Origin: Callorhinchus milii
Lineage: Eukaryota
Direction of reading: 5' to 3'
DNA length: 64,000 nt
Assembly (NCBI RefSeq): GCF_018977255.1
Contig: NW_024704743.1
Coordinates: 48,300,001 to 48,364,000, forward strand
In this document: positions 12,112 to 26,310 of the stretch, in pieces
Layout: each line of letters opens with the position of its first letter
Numbering within the stretch: position 1 is the first letter of the stretch
The notes under the pieces: generated by a model
The model's input: only the letters and a program-made list of their open reading frames with translations
What the model was told of the DNA's origin: nothing
Databases searched by the model: none
Made by a program: the position numbers and the translations under genes

Positions 12112-14185
12112 AGGGATTTTGGTTTGGTGGTATAAGAAAATATCAGAATTGAGTGTCTTCTCTACTGGCTCGATTTGGAAACCCCTCCACCACCAGGAGT
12201 ACAGTGGCATTAGATTATTGATAGTTAGTTCTAACTTCTCATAATTTCCCATACACTATAAAATCTGTTGCATAAATTGTGCTTTAACCAGATTTTTCTG
12301 AGCTGCAAAATTTAATTGTAAGTCATGACATAAACATGTTTACGTTTGTGCAAGATATTTTTTATATGCAAAAATGACTTTTTGTAGTTTGCGCTGGTGC
12401 AAAGGTTGTACAGCACTCATCACTTCTGTACCATAGGTACAAAAAATCACTTGTGCAGATATACAAATCATAATGCTGACAAGCAGATCATAAAGATCTT
12501 TGTAACATGCAAGTTGTGCATAGGATTTTATATTCCAATGTCACTTTTCTTATACTCATTTGGAAATTAGAATCAGGAAGATGGAAAAGATATCCATTTG
12601 ACAGCAGTATTCTGGATGAAAGAAAAATTTAGCTATATGATGTTAACTGTAGTTTAAAAGTTATTACTTTTGGAAAGGTGGGCATCAGTCCATGACTGTG
12701 CCTGATTTACTCTCTGACCTTTGTACTGAGATATTCCTACTGTTCAAGAGCTGAAATTTAGTATTGCTGTCAGCTTGCAGAATGATAAACTGGCCTTGTG
12801 ATGGATGAGTGAAAATAACTAAACAATAGAAAATGACATGTGCTGTATGGTTCTTTTTAATTTCACAGCCAAAAGCCAACTTAGATCTGATTAAGTTTCA
12901 ACCGATAAGAGTACAGAAGCAGACAATGACTAGTGCCCAAAATATTTACTGAAAATAATTTAATTTTGAAAACGTATAATTTGAGGTGTTTAAAGAGTAA
13001 GCAGTATTTTTTAAAATCAAATATATCTGATATGTAGTAAAATGTATTTTTGCCTTTTAGTTTTCTCTTTTGTATTGCAACACAAGGAAAATTGAACCTG
13101 TTAAAGGTCATTCTCAAAACTGTAGGAGAGGCTTTTTGAAGCCTTTATAAATATGCTCATTTGTAGCTGCATATTTTTTGTAATTTATTTTCCAACAATT
13201 CATTGAAAATATTTTGCCTCCTAGAGTTCTTGTATTTTTTTCAAAAACGTGAAATCCATTTTAGTGGTAAATGTGTCAAATATGTGTCAAATTAGCACAT
13301 TACGCCATGACCAGATTAATTGATTGTATTTTTTATTTTTCAACAGCATCTTAGTAGTTATCTTTTTTAAATGGAAGTCAAATAAGTCAGCTTTCTGGAA
13401 CACATTATTGGATTTTGTTAGTTTCTTTAGTTAAGAATCTAAGAAAGTATGGAAGAAGAAAGGTTTCTCCCCTTCCCAAGTCTGTTCCTTTCTCAAACCA
13501 TGTGCATTTTGAAGTATTAAGGGCTCTTGCTCCACTCTGATTGTTTGATGCCAAAAGGTATTTTAATTAATGCATCCTGGTCAACTGTCCATTACAGACA
13601 ATATTCACCTCAGTAGGAAAGAAACTATCATATCCCACGTAGTAGTTGTGTGTTCCCATCCCTATAAACTCGAAATCTAATCCTGGCCAGATTTTATCAA
13701 ATTTTCCCATCTGAGGATGAGGGTTACTGTATAGCCTGCATTTTGAACCTTTGACTTTCTATATGTCTTAATGCCTAGTCGGGTGTACACTGTGCAGTAT
13801 CTTTACCCACTGAGAGTGCCTCATATTAGCTTTTTTGATAGCCGAACGCATTGACTGGAAGGTTTGAGTGAACGATGATTAGTTATACCCAAATATTTTT
13901 CTCTACTTTTGCTAATGAAACCCCTTCCCTTGTGTTGTACATGTTCATATTACCTTGTGCAATTATATCAATCCCTCTTCAAGGAAGCTTGCCAAGGATC
14001 TGCCTGTCGCAACTCTTAACTTTCTAAAGGCAGAATAATTGTAGATATAAGAATAAGTACAGTAGTGGGCAAGAATGGTCTTAGGTTTGAGTTGTGAAGA
14101 ATTTGGCTCCAACGAATAAATGCCTTTCTCAAAACCTTTATCTGGGAGCTCAAAGTTATTCTCGTGTCACTGGCACAGTCTAGAG

Positions 14186-14381
14186 CAGTGGTGGTCAGCC
14201 CATTTTTGGTCAGGAAGTGTCCCACCAAATATTTGTCACTAATCTAGGTAAGTCTGTTACGTCAATATTTTGTTTCCAGTAGCTACTGAGTAATGATATT
14301 CATGGTGTGGCCATAAATCAAGAAATATTCAAGAAGGAAAAAATTATTTGGTTGGCAGACCAAAAAGATTGGCCACCACTG
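14186..14381. mobile_element. hAT-superfamily MITE (196 bp)
   Basis: Imperfect TIRs cagtggtggtcagcc / gattggccaccactg. 8-bp TSD gtctagag (14178-14185) vs gtccagag (14382-14389), a Charlie-like NTCTAGAN target. Confidence 0.8.
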
Positions 14382-16299
14382 GTCCAGAGGAAAGCATATT
14401 TTGAACTCAAAGTACACTGGGCTTTTCCCAATTCTCCATTCTTTGATACAACAATAACAAATCACATCTGTAATTTGTAATTACAACAGCAGCCTGCCCA
14501 CAAAGCACAACTGTCAATGCACTTTACAGAATATCCTGTGAAGCTCCTTGGGACATCTTCCCGACGTGAAAGGTGCAACACCAATGTGAGGATTATAACC
14601 CCCAGAGGTCCTCACCACAAGCAATTTCAAGCCATGGGTTTAAAATTGCATCCCTCAATTGAGAAGCTGCTACACAAGAACTTTACACAGAGTCTTTCCA
14701 CACCTAATGCAAATTTTCCATATTTCAATAACTGGATGGGCTTTTTCAGCTACCGACCTAATTGTTCTACCAAACATCCAGTGGAAATCAACTTGTTAAT
14801 ACTGACCCTCCACAGTGCAGAACACCCTTGGAGTTAAATCTCCCTCTGATCAATACTGTAGCTCCCTCTATCCCAGCTTCATTGTTCAGTTTGGTGCTGC
14901 TATCTGAATTAATAATTTGAAAATCATCATGGAGGGAACAATTTTTGTTTGCTAATTAGAGGGTATGACAAATTTGTGTGGAAAAATTCTGATCCCATGG
15001 AAAAGATTCCTCTGACTATACGAAAGGAGAAGAGAATTTCTCCTGGTGTCCTTGCTAAGAATCCCCCAGATAAAACTGGTTATAATAATAATCTTTGTAT
15101 TTGCTCTAGTGGCTTTCTCGTCAATCTCAAAGTGGTTCACGGGATTTGCTGTAAAGTGTAGTGATTATGTATTTTGTAGGAAAATGCGATAACCAATATT
15201 TACATGGCAACACCAAAGTAACAATTTTACATTTATAGATCGACTTTCATGTGGAACGGGTGAATTATCAGAAAATAGAATACTTTGCATTCAGACAGTT
15301 TATTGATGCTAAATTTAAAAAGGAATTATTATAGACATTTGAAGAGGAAAAATGCAAAAGAATACAGGGAAAGAGCAACAAAGAGGGGTTTAGAGTAGTA
15401 AGCTCCAGAGGAAGAGGTTGTACCAACAACAACAACAAAATTACATTTATAGAGCGCCTTTCATGTTGGGAGGACGTCCCAAAGCGCTGAACATAAGTTT
15501 AATGGGATGAAAGGCTGCAGACCCTGTTGTAACTTTCTTATTCTTTGCAGCTTTTTCCCTGGAGTTACCTCTGGCTAGACTGGTGCAAACCCCACCCTCA
15601 GTTTTAGATAAATAGCCTGGTTTGGAAATTTCACAGATTTTCATAGAATTTGCAGCAGAGGCCAAGCATTTATACTCCACATGAGTCTCCATCCTCCCAC
15701 AGTCTCTTTACTCCCACATGTATCCTTCTGGTCTCTTCCCCCCTTATGTGTATATCTAGTAACCGGAGCCATTCATTTCCACGTTACTGATCTGTTCTGG
15801 CGGACTTCTGATCTGGTGAATTTACCATATACCAAATGTTTACGCAAAACATTTTCTTACCGTTTTCTTTCCAACTCATGCCCATTTTTCATACAGAACT
15901 GTTTCTTTGGTGCCAGTGATCTCAATACAGTAAAGAGCCAATTAACTGCATACTTGTGACCATTCCCATAACATGCAAGCAAACAGTGCAGATAATTGGA
16001 CATCATTGCTGTCTGTGGGACATTGCTGTGTGCCAATTGTCTGCCACATTCACCTATAAATAGTCACTACACTTTACAGAAAAACTCTATGAAATTCTTT
16101 GAGACACTTCAGTGTGATCGTGTTTTATCAAATGCAAGTGTTATTATTCATTCATCTTGTTCTTTGCACTGCATAAAAGTAAAAATGTTTGCTACAACTA
16201 TCAAAAATTAATTTGGACGGTGCACGTCTGATGTTTATTCACGTGCCCACAAACCTACTACCTGACTTCCTGTTAATGCCATCTTAAAATTGGATCCTT

Positions 16300-16538
16300 T
16301 ATGTTGTTAGTCGATTGGCTGATCACTTTCCCGGGAGTAATAATCCCTTAAAGTAATAATAATTTGGTTACTCAATCCACAACTGTTTGTGGGACACTGC
16401 TGTGCGCACTTGCCTGACTCGTTTCACCCACAAAATATACAGTCAACCCACTTCAGAGTATATCTTGTGAAGCGCTTTGAGACTCTCAACGATGTGATAA
16501 GGCCCTATATCAAATGCAAGGATTATTTATTATTATTA
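16300..16538 (+). mobile_element. tRNA/Deu-domain SINE, 5'-truncated
   Basis: Shares gttagtcgattgg, tgtgggacactgctgtgcgcacttg and the tail tatatcaaatgcaaggatt(att)n with the copies at 23902 and 33823. Confidence 0.85.
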
Positions 16539-19500
16539 CTAAAGGTTGCAAATTGTATCCCTGGAAATCTTTCACATATATGCATACCAACGTCATACAT
16601 GCACATTACCAGAATTTTTTTTTACTGATTTTGTAGCCCTGCTTCCACTTCTGCCTGAAGTCCAATGCGTATAAATGGACAGAAGGAAAATTAGCACTTT
16701 TTAAAAAAAAGATTGAATTTGTGTTTAAAAAAGTTAATTTTTTTGTTGCATGTACATATGAAAGGATGTTCATTTGCATAAAACATGTACGCAAATATGC
16801 ATAAAATCAAAGTCAGCATTTAAGTACAATGGTTAAAACTTAAGCGATACTTTCACAGATGTTCCCTCAGCTGCCTTTCACTTGTGCCAGATGAAAAGTT
16901 TTTGGTGTCAACCCAGGCAGCTACAACATTACCTTCCACTTAGTTTGAAAAGGGGGTTAGGTAGCCTGAGATTTTAGCTGGAGATAATGGGAGTGAAGCT
17001 TTCATCTGCATGCAATAAAGGAGTGGCTTTTTGATAAATCTGGAGTGAGGCTGTTCTGTTCTTTGATGTATTTCTCCAATGCATGTGAGATTGCTTGTTT
17101 CACCATTTATTGATTTATCTGCACCTTTCGTGGTTGAGACTGACCAGCTGCTAGTTCTGCAGAATCCAGGCTTGATTCTCCACAACCAGCACATGCTCGG
17201 TTGCTGCCATCTCTTGAGTATCCTGTGTTAGCTGATTTATGAGTAGCTTCAAACCATTCTAGCAGTCAAACAGAAACATCTGCTGTCTTTGAGAGGACAG
17301 CAGTTCTCTGCCAAACTAAAATCACTTGGACAGAGGGCATGGATCCTTGTGGGAAAAATATTGTTTTTTTTGGGCAACATAGGGCAGAAGGAGGAAAATG
17401 CTTCATAGGATTGTGTCCCTTTTCTCCAACGTCTCCTGTGCTTGTGGTTTTCCTGTTGCTCTGTGTGGTGTTCCATGTCTCAGAACTCTGCAAATGAGCC
17501 ATCTTCTAGTACACTGTATATATTGATCAAGAAAAAAGAATGAACTAGGTAAGACAAACCACCCATTAACCTAAATAAAGCAAAACAAGTATGCGAATGG
17601 CAGGTTTGCTTGCCCCTGGTTTGCAGTAGCCGATGTAACACTCATATTTGCTTATATTAGTTTTACAAGATACAACAACAACAACAAGATTCCATTTATA
17701 GAGCGCCCTTCACGTCGGGAGGACGTGATAAACCGTACAGAACGTTTAAAACTACTTCAGTGTTTTGAGTCAGACATTATAAACAATCAAAATATTTATT
17801 TAAAACTTACATTTCTCATTAAAACTATATTAACTTTGAATTTTAGGTCTCCCTTATTTTTATGGTGCAGGATAGCATATTTCATATACACTAAGGCTGC
17901 AAATATTTTTGAGACCTTGAGGTAAAAACAAATGCTTGTGAGGCATTTCATCATCATGGAATATTCTGATGTAGGTTGATATGGTAACAAATCTTATGTA
18001 TTGTTTTTTTTACTATTTATAAAACATTATCATGGAAATTAGAACCCAGCCCAAAAAGTTTTGAACATGCTACCACCAAGTGCTGATCGGAAGAAATCTT
18101 TCTACATGCTGGTGTGCCTTTTTATGCCTGAGGGAATTCTTCACATCTACCTGGCAGAATCAGAAACTGTTTGCTGGTAAACTCAGCAGAGGCTTGAAAT
18201 TAAAACTAGGAGACTCATCCATAATTGATCTGTACAAGGACAAAGGGATGTTTCTTCATAGTCAGTAAACTGAAAGAAATATCCTTATGTGACAACATAC
18301 CGGCACATTTACTTCTTGAAGCTGTTTGAAATAGTTTCTCCATGGAAGAGCCTGTACAAAAAAATTCTTCCACCCCCCCACCACTACCACGCAAAACAAT
18401 TATCCAATGCCTGGGAGGAGCTCTGAGGAAGTACTTATCAATGATGGCAGTTGCCTTTCTTATTCCTTCCTTTCTTATCCCCCAAGCACATATACTCCCC
18501 CAAGCACAAATACTATTTGTAATTGAGGACAGGTTGGCAAACAATCCAGACCTCTTGCAGTACTCTGTAACTATCTACAAAGCCCATCAAAAAAGGCTGG
18601 GATCATTCTCTAATTTATTTGCTCTATGTCTCCCCTCTCTGCTTGTTGCCAACAACTCAGCTGAGGTCTAGGGCACGTTCTATGGAGAATTGCAGGCAGG
18701 CATAAGCAGAAGTTTTAAAATTGAAGGGCAAAAACGATTTATCAAATTTTGAGACTTTTTAAACTGCACTAAAAATCTGGTTTAAACTGTCCTGTTGTGA
18801 AAAAGAGGAATGTTGGAAAATAAGGCTTCATAATGTGCAGCAGCACTGATTGTAGTTTGTATAATCCTTTACATTATAGAAAAGCATATACATACTGCTA
18901 TGGAAAATAAAGCGGCAAATGTCTATCAAATGATAAATTTTACAGGCCCCAGTGTTGTTCCTAGAACCCCCAGACACATTAATCAGTTGGGAGGGAAAGG
19001 TACAATGAGGTGAGGAACATGCAACTATACAGTTGCAGTTAACATTTTTATTACAACATCAACTGCTTTGCCTTTTTATCGCAGTTTATGGGCTCCAACA
19101 GTGCTTCATATTGAGAGTACGACAGCACAGCGGAAGGTCCTTTTTTAAAAAAAACACATAGAATAAATGAATGAAAAAATAATCAACATTTGCATGTTAT
19201 TGTACAGAAATTCTGCTTCATTATGCTCCTGAATCCATTCCTCGTGGCTTGAACGGAACCATACTGGTATTGCAATTGGTTGATTGAATGCACACAGAAA
19301 AGCTAATGGTGACAGTGCTCATCAGGATAGGGTTCAGCTAGCGGTCAGCAACAAATAATTCAAGATTGTTTCTAAGTTTGTGGCTGGTGGAATTTGCTTC
19401 TTGCCTTTAACCCAGCAGAGCTGCTGAGTGTGGCCATTTTGATTATAAAGGAGACATGTTCACTTAGCAACTGCATTTGAACAACACACGGATTTATATT

Positions 19501-21589
19501 GCCACCAAAGGTTTTCCATTGTAAAAGCACAATAGCACTTTATTGTTAACTGATAGACAAAAAAAGTTCTAGGTTTCATCAGAGTTATTTTGAATTCCAA
19601 ACAAGAATGTATGAATCAAATGAAGCAACATTTAATATTTGTGTATAGTTGATTAGGTAAAATGCTTCATATTTCTTTGATCCATATACCATATAAGTAG
19701 CTTATATCATTTCCAGTTGCATTTTTAAAATGACAGCATGCAGCCATTAAACTTTTTGATTGAATAGGAAAGTATTTACAACGTGGGCAGTAAAGGAGGG
19801 TGTGACTGAACAGAGTTTCAGGAGAAAAGTAGGTAGTCTGGGCTTTTATAGCTCTCGCCAGAAATCTGGCAGGAAAAGGGATGTTTATTGTTTTACAGCC
19901 GTTCTCATTCTGTCTAGAGCTCTTTGGAGGGGACTGAATAGGATAAAGAGAAAAAAGGATGTGGCATGTTAGCTGATTTTTAATGACTGGATTGCCTTTT
20001 ATTTAGCATTTTTTGTCTGGGAGAAGGTCTAGATGCATTATATAAGTATCCAGTACAAGAAGTAGTGCTTTTTGGATTGAACCACTAAATTTGGATTTTA
20101 CATTTATTTTATTTGCTCCAATTATTCCTATGCCTATTTTGATCAGAGTTGAACATTCATTTTACAAGTGAAGTCTTATACATTGAGGAAAGAGGCTACA
20201 TAGGCCTCTTTTGAAAAAAAACTCCTTATTGGATTTTTTTTACACTCTCTCAATGTAACCAAGAGTGGGCATTTGGATAGAAAGAATTTGCTTATTGTAG
20301 AATGGTTTCTAGAGTGGCCAAAACAAATAATTGATTAAACTCCCAGTTTTTGGAAAGTCCTGCATTTCTGCCCACTGCCTAATGTGTTTTCTCGTCTGTG
20401 GAAAGTCTGTACATGCTAATGATAGGGAATGTGCATCACTGGCTTCTTCTACAGGTGGGGCCTGTTATTAGCCAAAAGAGTGGTGGCTGATGATGCTGGA
20501 GGTGAGTATTCCTTGTCTATGCTGACCTTGTTGTATCTTGACGTACTGGTGAAAAACATCTCTTTGGATGGTTATAATAATAATAATAATTCTTACACTT
20601 GGTACAGCACCTTTAAGTCCGGGAGGACGTCACAAAGTGCTTTTTGGTGTGTACTGTAAAGTGGAGTGACTGGGTACCTTGTGGGTATCAGTGCCTCCGA
20701 AGGCAGTGTTGCTGTATTTGCTTTACGATCCTGCTCTTGAATTTGAAGCTGTTGTAAATTACAATCCTGTATTGAAAAAGTGGCATTACATACAAACATT
20801 CTTCAGAGCAAGTGGACTTTTAATTGTATTATATTCTAGTTTTCTTTATAGATCATTTAATTCTGCTACAGAAATCTTACTTTTTCACATGCATTATGAT
20901 GTGGTGTGTTGAAAATAGAAAATATACAGAAAATACGATTGTGCTTCATCTGTCTCCCATTTCAAAAGACATGTATGTTAGTTTTTAAACTACAACCTTG
21001 TTTCTGTGTTAGAGTTCACATTACCTACTGGATATTGCTAGAGGATGTAAATTTCCTCATCTCTAATGCTTGTGAAAATTGCTGACGTCAATGCAGTTAG
21101 TAAATGGAACATGCAACTTTTGCGGCCACATCAGCACTGACTGGGTGACAGCAATGGTTTCAGTTGACTGCCAAACAATGAACTTTTTAATCTCAACATC
21201 TAAGTGCTGCACAATTTTGTGACAACTTAAGACCTGTTTTGGACTATACCTGAAAACGTTTGAAGTTGGATAATCAAGTGTGCATGACTTATTTGCTGAA
21301 ATACAAACATCCTTATTCAGTTGAGGCAAAGTTCATGAACAAGTTTTTCTAAACACTCCAAGACACTACTCACGTAAATCGTACCATATAAATACAAGTC
21401 GCTGTCGAAGTTCAAATTATCTTTATCCAAATTGAATGAAATATTCCTTTGAAGTATAAACTGTGCAGTGTAAATGTGCATTTGCTGAATTAATGGGTGT
21501 TTGTGATTGGACTTCGGTCCTCTAATAGGATACAAAATACATCCTGAAAAATGTCACATACATACTGGAAAATAAAAACATAAACATAC

Positions 21590-22280
21590 ACAATTCACTA
21601 AACATAGCAACGCCGGTTAATAAGGCCATAAAAAAGCAAACCAGGCATTAGGGTTCATTTCTAGAGGGATAGAAATGAAAAACAGGCAAGTTATGGTAAA
21701 CTTCTATAGAACCTTGGTTAGACCACACTTGTGTGCAGTTCTGGTCCCCACATTATAGAAGGGATGTAGAGGCACCGGAGAGGGTGCAGAGGAGATTCAC
21801 AAGAATGATCCCAGAACTGAGAGGTTATACCTATCAGGAAAGGCTGAACATGCTTGGACTCTTTTCTCTTGAAAAGAGGAGGGTAAGGGGTGACCTAATA
21901 GAGGTCTTCAAAATGATGAAAGGTTTTGATAGGGTAGACATAGGGAAGATGTTTCCACTTGTGGGGGAGACCAAAAATAGGGGCCATCAATATATAATAG
22001 TCACAAATAGATCAAATAGGGAAGTTAGAAGAAATTTCTTCACACAGAGAGTAGTGGGAATGTGGAACATGCTATCACAAGGAGTTGTTGAGGCAAATAG
22101 CATAGATGTATTTAAGGGAAAGCTTGATAGGTACATAAGTGAGAAAGAAATAGAAGGTTATGCTTGAAGGCTTAGTTGAGGAAGAGCAGGAAGAGGCTCA
22201 TGTGGATAATAAACACCGGCATAGACCAGTTGGGCTGAATGGCCTGTTTCTCTGCTGTATATTCTAATGTATTCTAATGT
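21590..22280 (+). mobile_element. CR1 LINE 3' fragment
   Basis: ORF 21733-22167: QFWSPHY..ERVQRRFTRMIP..LGLFSLEKRR.RGDLIEVFK..RNFFTQRVV..WN.L; tail (attctaatgt)2. Confidence 0.93.
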
Positions 22281-23901
22281 AAAATGCCCCAAAGTTCCAC
22301 TCATGGCATTAACAGTTCTGTCTCAAAGTGCTAACACTCACATTGCAATCTTAGCTCACCATGTTTAACAATCCTCTAGTCGATAACTGGTGCAAACTGC
22401 TTAGCATAAATTTAATTGCTAGTTTTATATGTTCTGTTTTGCTCTGAGACATTTTAGCAAACTCAAATCATTTATAATGGATACATCCAGGCCAAAGAGG
22501 TGTAAAACATTACTTTAGACAAAAATATCAATCCAAGGAATACAGCCAATTAATTGTATCAAGTTTCCTTGATTATTTTTAAATAAAGCCGTATGCTACT
22601 TGATATAAAATCAAAACGTTTGTTTTTGTTTATCTTAAGGGGTTTAAACTGATGTTTATTATTTGGATGTAAGCATTGCAGTCAAGTTATGTATTAAAAT
22701 AATTTCACACTTAAGCTATCATCTGACCAAAAGTCGGATCAAAACTCTGCTCACTCAAGTCTTTCCCCAGATCTGATCATTGTATATACGTGAGTCACAA
22801 TCTATCATATTGGAAAGAAGGGAATGAGCAGGATGAAGAAGGAAGGAAAGGTACAAGTAGTCTGTCAAGAAGTTGAAGGTTTTCAGCTGAATAGACTTTA
22901 AAAACTATGTGACAGAAACATTTCTCTAAACCATAGTGATAAAGCACAAAATTCTGAAGGTATCAGTAATGGCTTAATTCATCTTCTTTATTGTGTGGTG
23001 TAAGACACAAGCCTTTTGCTGTGAAATTTGAACACAAGGAAATTAATGAAAGCTATGTTGTGTAAATGTAGCTTTCGTTTTTGTAAGTGTACTTTTCTAA
23101 GTAGTAAATTGAATGCATGGTCAGGCATCCAAACAGCAATCCATCTGGCTGTCGAGGAGGGGCAAAATCATCCTAGGACAAGTACAAATTTATTGCTACC
23201 TGTCCCGGAGACAAGTAATTCATATCCAAAGTATATAATGTAAGATTGATACAGTTGTGATTTGAGAGCCTAATACGTCTAAAATCTTTCTTTTGTATAT
23301 CTGATATTTATTGCATTTCTGCTGGGTAGGCTCAATTTACTTGGCAAATCAGAGCATTGCTGGGTATTTCCACATGAATTTCTTCCCTCCTATTTCTCAT
23401 ATAATTTCTATTACAAGATGGCTCCTGATTTCTTGGATATAAATTATCCATCACAATTGATAAATTTTGAATGACAAACTTATATAAAAACTATATTCAC
23501 ATGTTTTCATAGGATCCAAACATGAAACTGTTTTCATAAAACTCTTTTGGGGTCAAGAAAAAGAAGAAAAAGTCTGGTCCAATAATATGAGATGTATTTA
23601 ATCTAAGTTCAGTTGTGGTTTGTTGTGTTCTATAGCAATCGTTACATGGCCAATAAAAATTGAAGTACAGTAATATATTTTATTGGTTAAGCAATTTATT
23701 GTTACTGGATAGAAGCCATAAATTAGATGCCAGAATGCTTGAGCAATTGAAAAAGTTTTTTTTGTACAGTGATGGTGAACTATCTACCAGCATCATCAAC
23801 AATTATGAAATCTTTTCATGTATGTTTAGGCTCTTCTATTTACTCACAATATTGTGCAGATTTAATTACTTAATATACCACTGTATATTAACTACTTAAT
23901 A

Positions 23902-24240
23902 TCAGTGGTTAGAGCACTCGGCTCACAAGCGAGAGACCTGGGTTTGCTTCCCGTAGGACAAAACCTTAGGCAAGTTTCCTTACTCCACATGCCTCTGTTT
24001 ACCTAGCAGTAAGTAGGAACCCGGTAGTTAGTTGATTGGTGGATCCCTTTTCCAGGGGTAATAATTCCTTCAAAAAAATAATAAATTGGTCACATCAATC
24101 CACAACCGTTTGTGGGAACTGCTGTGCGCAATTGGTTGCCACGTTTTGCCCACAAAAATATACAGTCAGTTCACTTTACAGTTACCATTCTGTGAAAGAT
24201 GTGATAAGGCGCTATATCAAATGCAAGATTATTATTATTG
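23902..24240 (+). mobile_element. tRNA-derived SINE with Deu-like core and L2-type tail
   Basis: Head tcagtggttagagcactcggctcacaagcgagagacctgggtt, core tgtgggaactgctgtgcgcaattggttgcc, (att)n tail. Confidence 0.88.
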
Positions 24241-24399
24241 CTGTATAATGTTTGGGTTTGATTGTATGGAGATAGGTTCAGGGAACCATGCAACCAATTT
24301 TGGTAAACTAGTATGTTAGGATCCTGCGTGTCCCCAATAAGTTTAATATTTCAGATAATTAAAGGTTCTACACCTTTAGCTACTGCCTGGACTTTCCAA

Positions 24400-24890
24400 A
24401 TCATTCTTTGCTGGTCTCCAAAGCTCCACCATCCATAAGGTCTACCTTATCTAAAACTCCACTTTCCACATCCTATCCACAATAAACTCCATATATCCAT
24501 CACCTGAGTCCTCACCAGACTCCATTGTCTCCCTGTCTCTCAGTGGATCGATTGAAAAATCCTCACTTATAAATGTCTTTGCGCCCCTGCACTTCCCCTA
24601 TCTCTCCAATCTCCTCCTATCCAAATCATCTCCACATCTCCTCCCCTTGGCTAACTTGGGCTTGCTGCACATCCCTTACCTATCTGCTAAGCTTTTAGAT
24701 TCTACACACCCAACTTCTGGAACTCCTTCCCTCTACCCCTTCTGTCTTGTTCTCTCTATATCTGTCTTGAACTACAGTATTGCCTTAAAATTTCTTCTAA
24801 TGTGCCTATTATCACCTCCCCATAACTCTTGTCACTATAAAGCTCTCCAGTGTTATTCTATGTAAACAGCTCTATATAAATGCAGGTTGT
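24400..24890 (+). mobile_element. Old degenerate L2 3' fragment
   Basis: Pyrimidine-rich, with recognisable ctccattg..tctggaactcc..ctatataaatgca blocks of the L2 3' end. Confidence 0.65.
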
Positions 24891-25779
24891 TAATCAGATG
24901 ATAGGAGTAGCAGATTAATTTTGATCTAGATGAATGTGAGTTGATGCATAATAGAGAGGAAACTGAATATGCACACATTAAAGAAGTGTCAATCAGCAAA
25001 GATGGAAAATGTTTTAGGTAAATATTGATCATTTACTGAATATTTACAGTTAAAATGTAAGACTAGTATCAACAAAACTAAGCCTGTAACTCAAGGATGT
25101 TTGACTGTAAGTCAAAATAAGTTATTCTAACCTTGCATAGGTCACTAGTAATAATTTATTTAAAATATTGGGTTTCAAAATGCAGCATTCACAGACTGGA
25201 AGTTACAATCTTGCCTCTAGTTTTGCTTTAGGGTCACTTTGTGGCTGAAAAAGGCTGAAAAGCAAAATGTCTGCAATGGGCTGTGCCAAACTTTGGGAAT
25301 CGTTTTTTTAAAAATGCAATTTCAGTTGCAAACCACAAGTTTGAAACGTGTGTTCTGCTATTTTCCGCCATGTCGTACAGTTTTTGCCTTTCTACCTTGC
25401 AGATGACATTGTGATGTTTCTTTATTGAACTTATGTGATAATTAGCATTGACTACTTTTCTGAGAATGCCCTGAGCAGCTGCTCTTGTACTGCTTTTTCG
25501 ATCTGTCTGAAATCCGGCAAAACTGATCACCTTTTAACTGCTGGTGGCATTTTCAGTGTTTGCGTTGCTCATAGCTGATTCCTCTAACATCTTTGTTTCT
25601 GTCCTCTGCACTGCCTGACGTTTTGGAAAGCTCCCTTATGTCACAACTACCAGAGCTGTGTGCAGTACTAGTATACTGGTACAGAGAAGACTCACTACCA
25701 ATGCCAAATTGTCAATAGATTATTAAACAAATTTAGCAGTTTTATTCTGCACTTATACCATTGGTGCAGTGTGTATAAA

Positions 25780-26310
25780 TATGCTTCGCCATTGGTCTCC
25801 CCACAATTGCACCATCCACAAGTTCCATCTGATACAAAACTCTGCCGTTCATGTCTCACCAGCACCGAACTCCATACGCTCACCCCATCAGGCTCCACTG
25901 GCTCCATGGCTCCGAAAGAATCAATTTCAAAATCCTCACTCTCACATACAAATCGTTTCATGCCATAGAACCTCCGTGCTTCTTTGACCTGCTTATACCC
26001 GACTCCTCTTCCTGCCCCATTCGCTAAACTAGCGCATTCTCCGATCACAGTGGCTGTAACTTCAGTTACTATGCCCCTAGTCTCTGGTACTTCCTCCCTC
26101 AATCTCTCCGTCTCGCCCCATCTTTATCTTTAAATCTCACCCGAAAATTGACCTCTTCTACCGTACCAATAGACCCTTCCCCTTTCTCTACTTTCTTGCT
26201 CAGCATCCAACCCTGACACTCCAAGATATTAAGCGAAGGGTGATATATATGAATATAAAATTTTAAATATGTTATATGAGGGGAATGTATAAATGCAAAT
26301 TGTTGTATCT
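25780..26310 (+). mobile_element. Old degenerate L2 3' fragment
   Basis: Remnants IHKFHLIQNSA and FKILTLT; L2-like tail ataaatgcaaattgttg. Confidence 0.7.

Noticed and set aside
18478..18513. 18-bp tandem duplication (ICAWG twice in an ORF); also an 11-bp duplication at ~13271
   Set aside because: Ordinary slippage duplications.
16850..18720. Possible Harbinger transposase fossil (SRCFCLTARMV, KATAIIDKYF), and a Myb-like remnant near 25234-25530
   Set aside because: Similarity is too fragmentary to support by eye; it needs a profile search.
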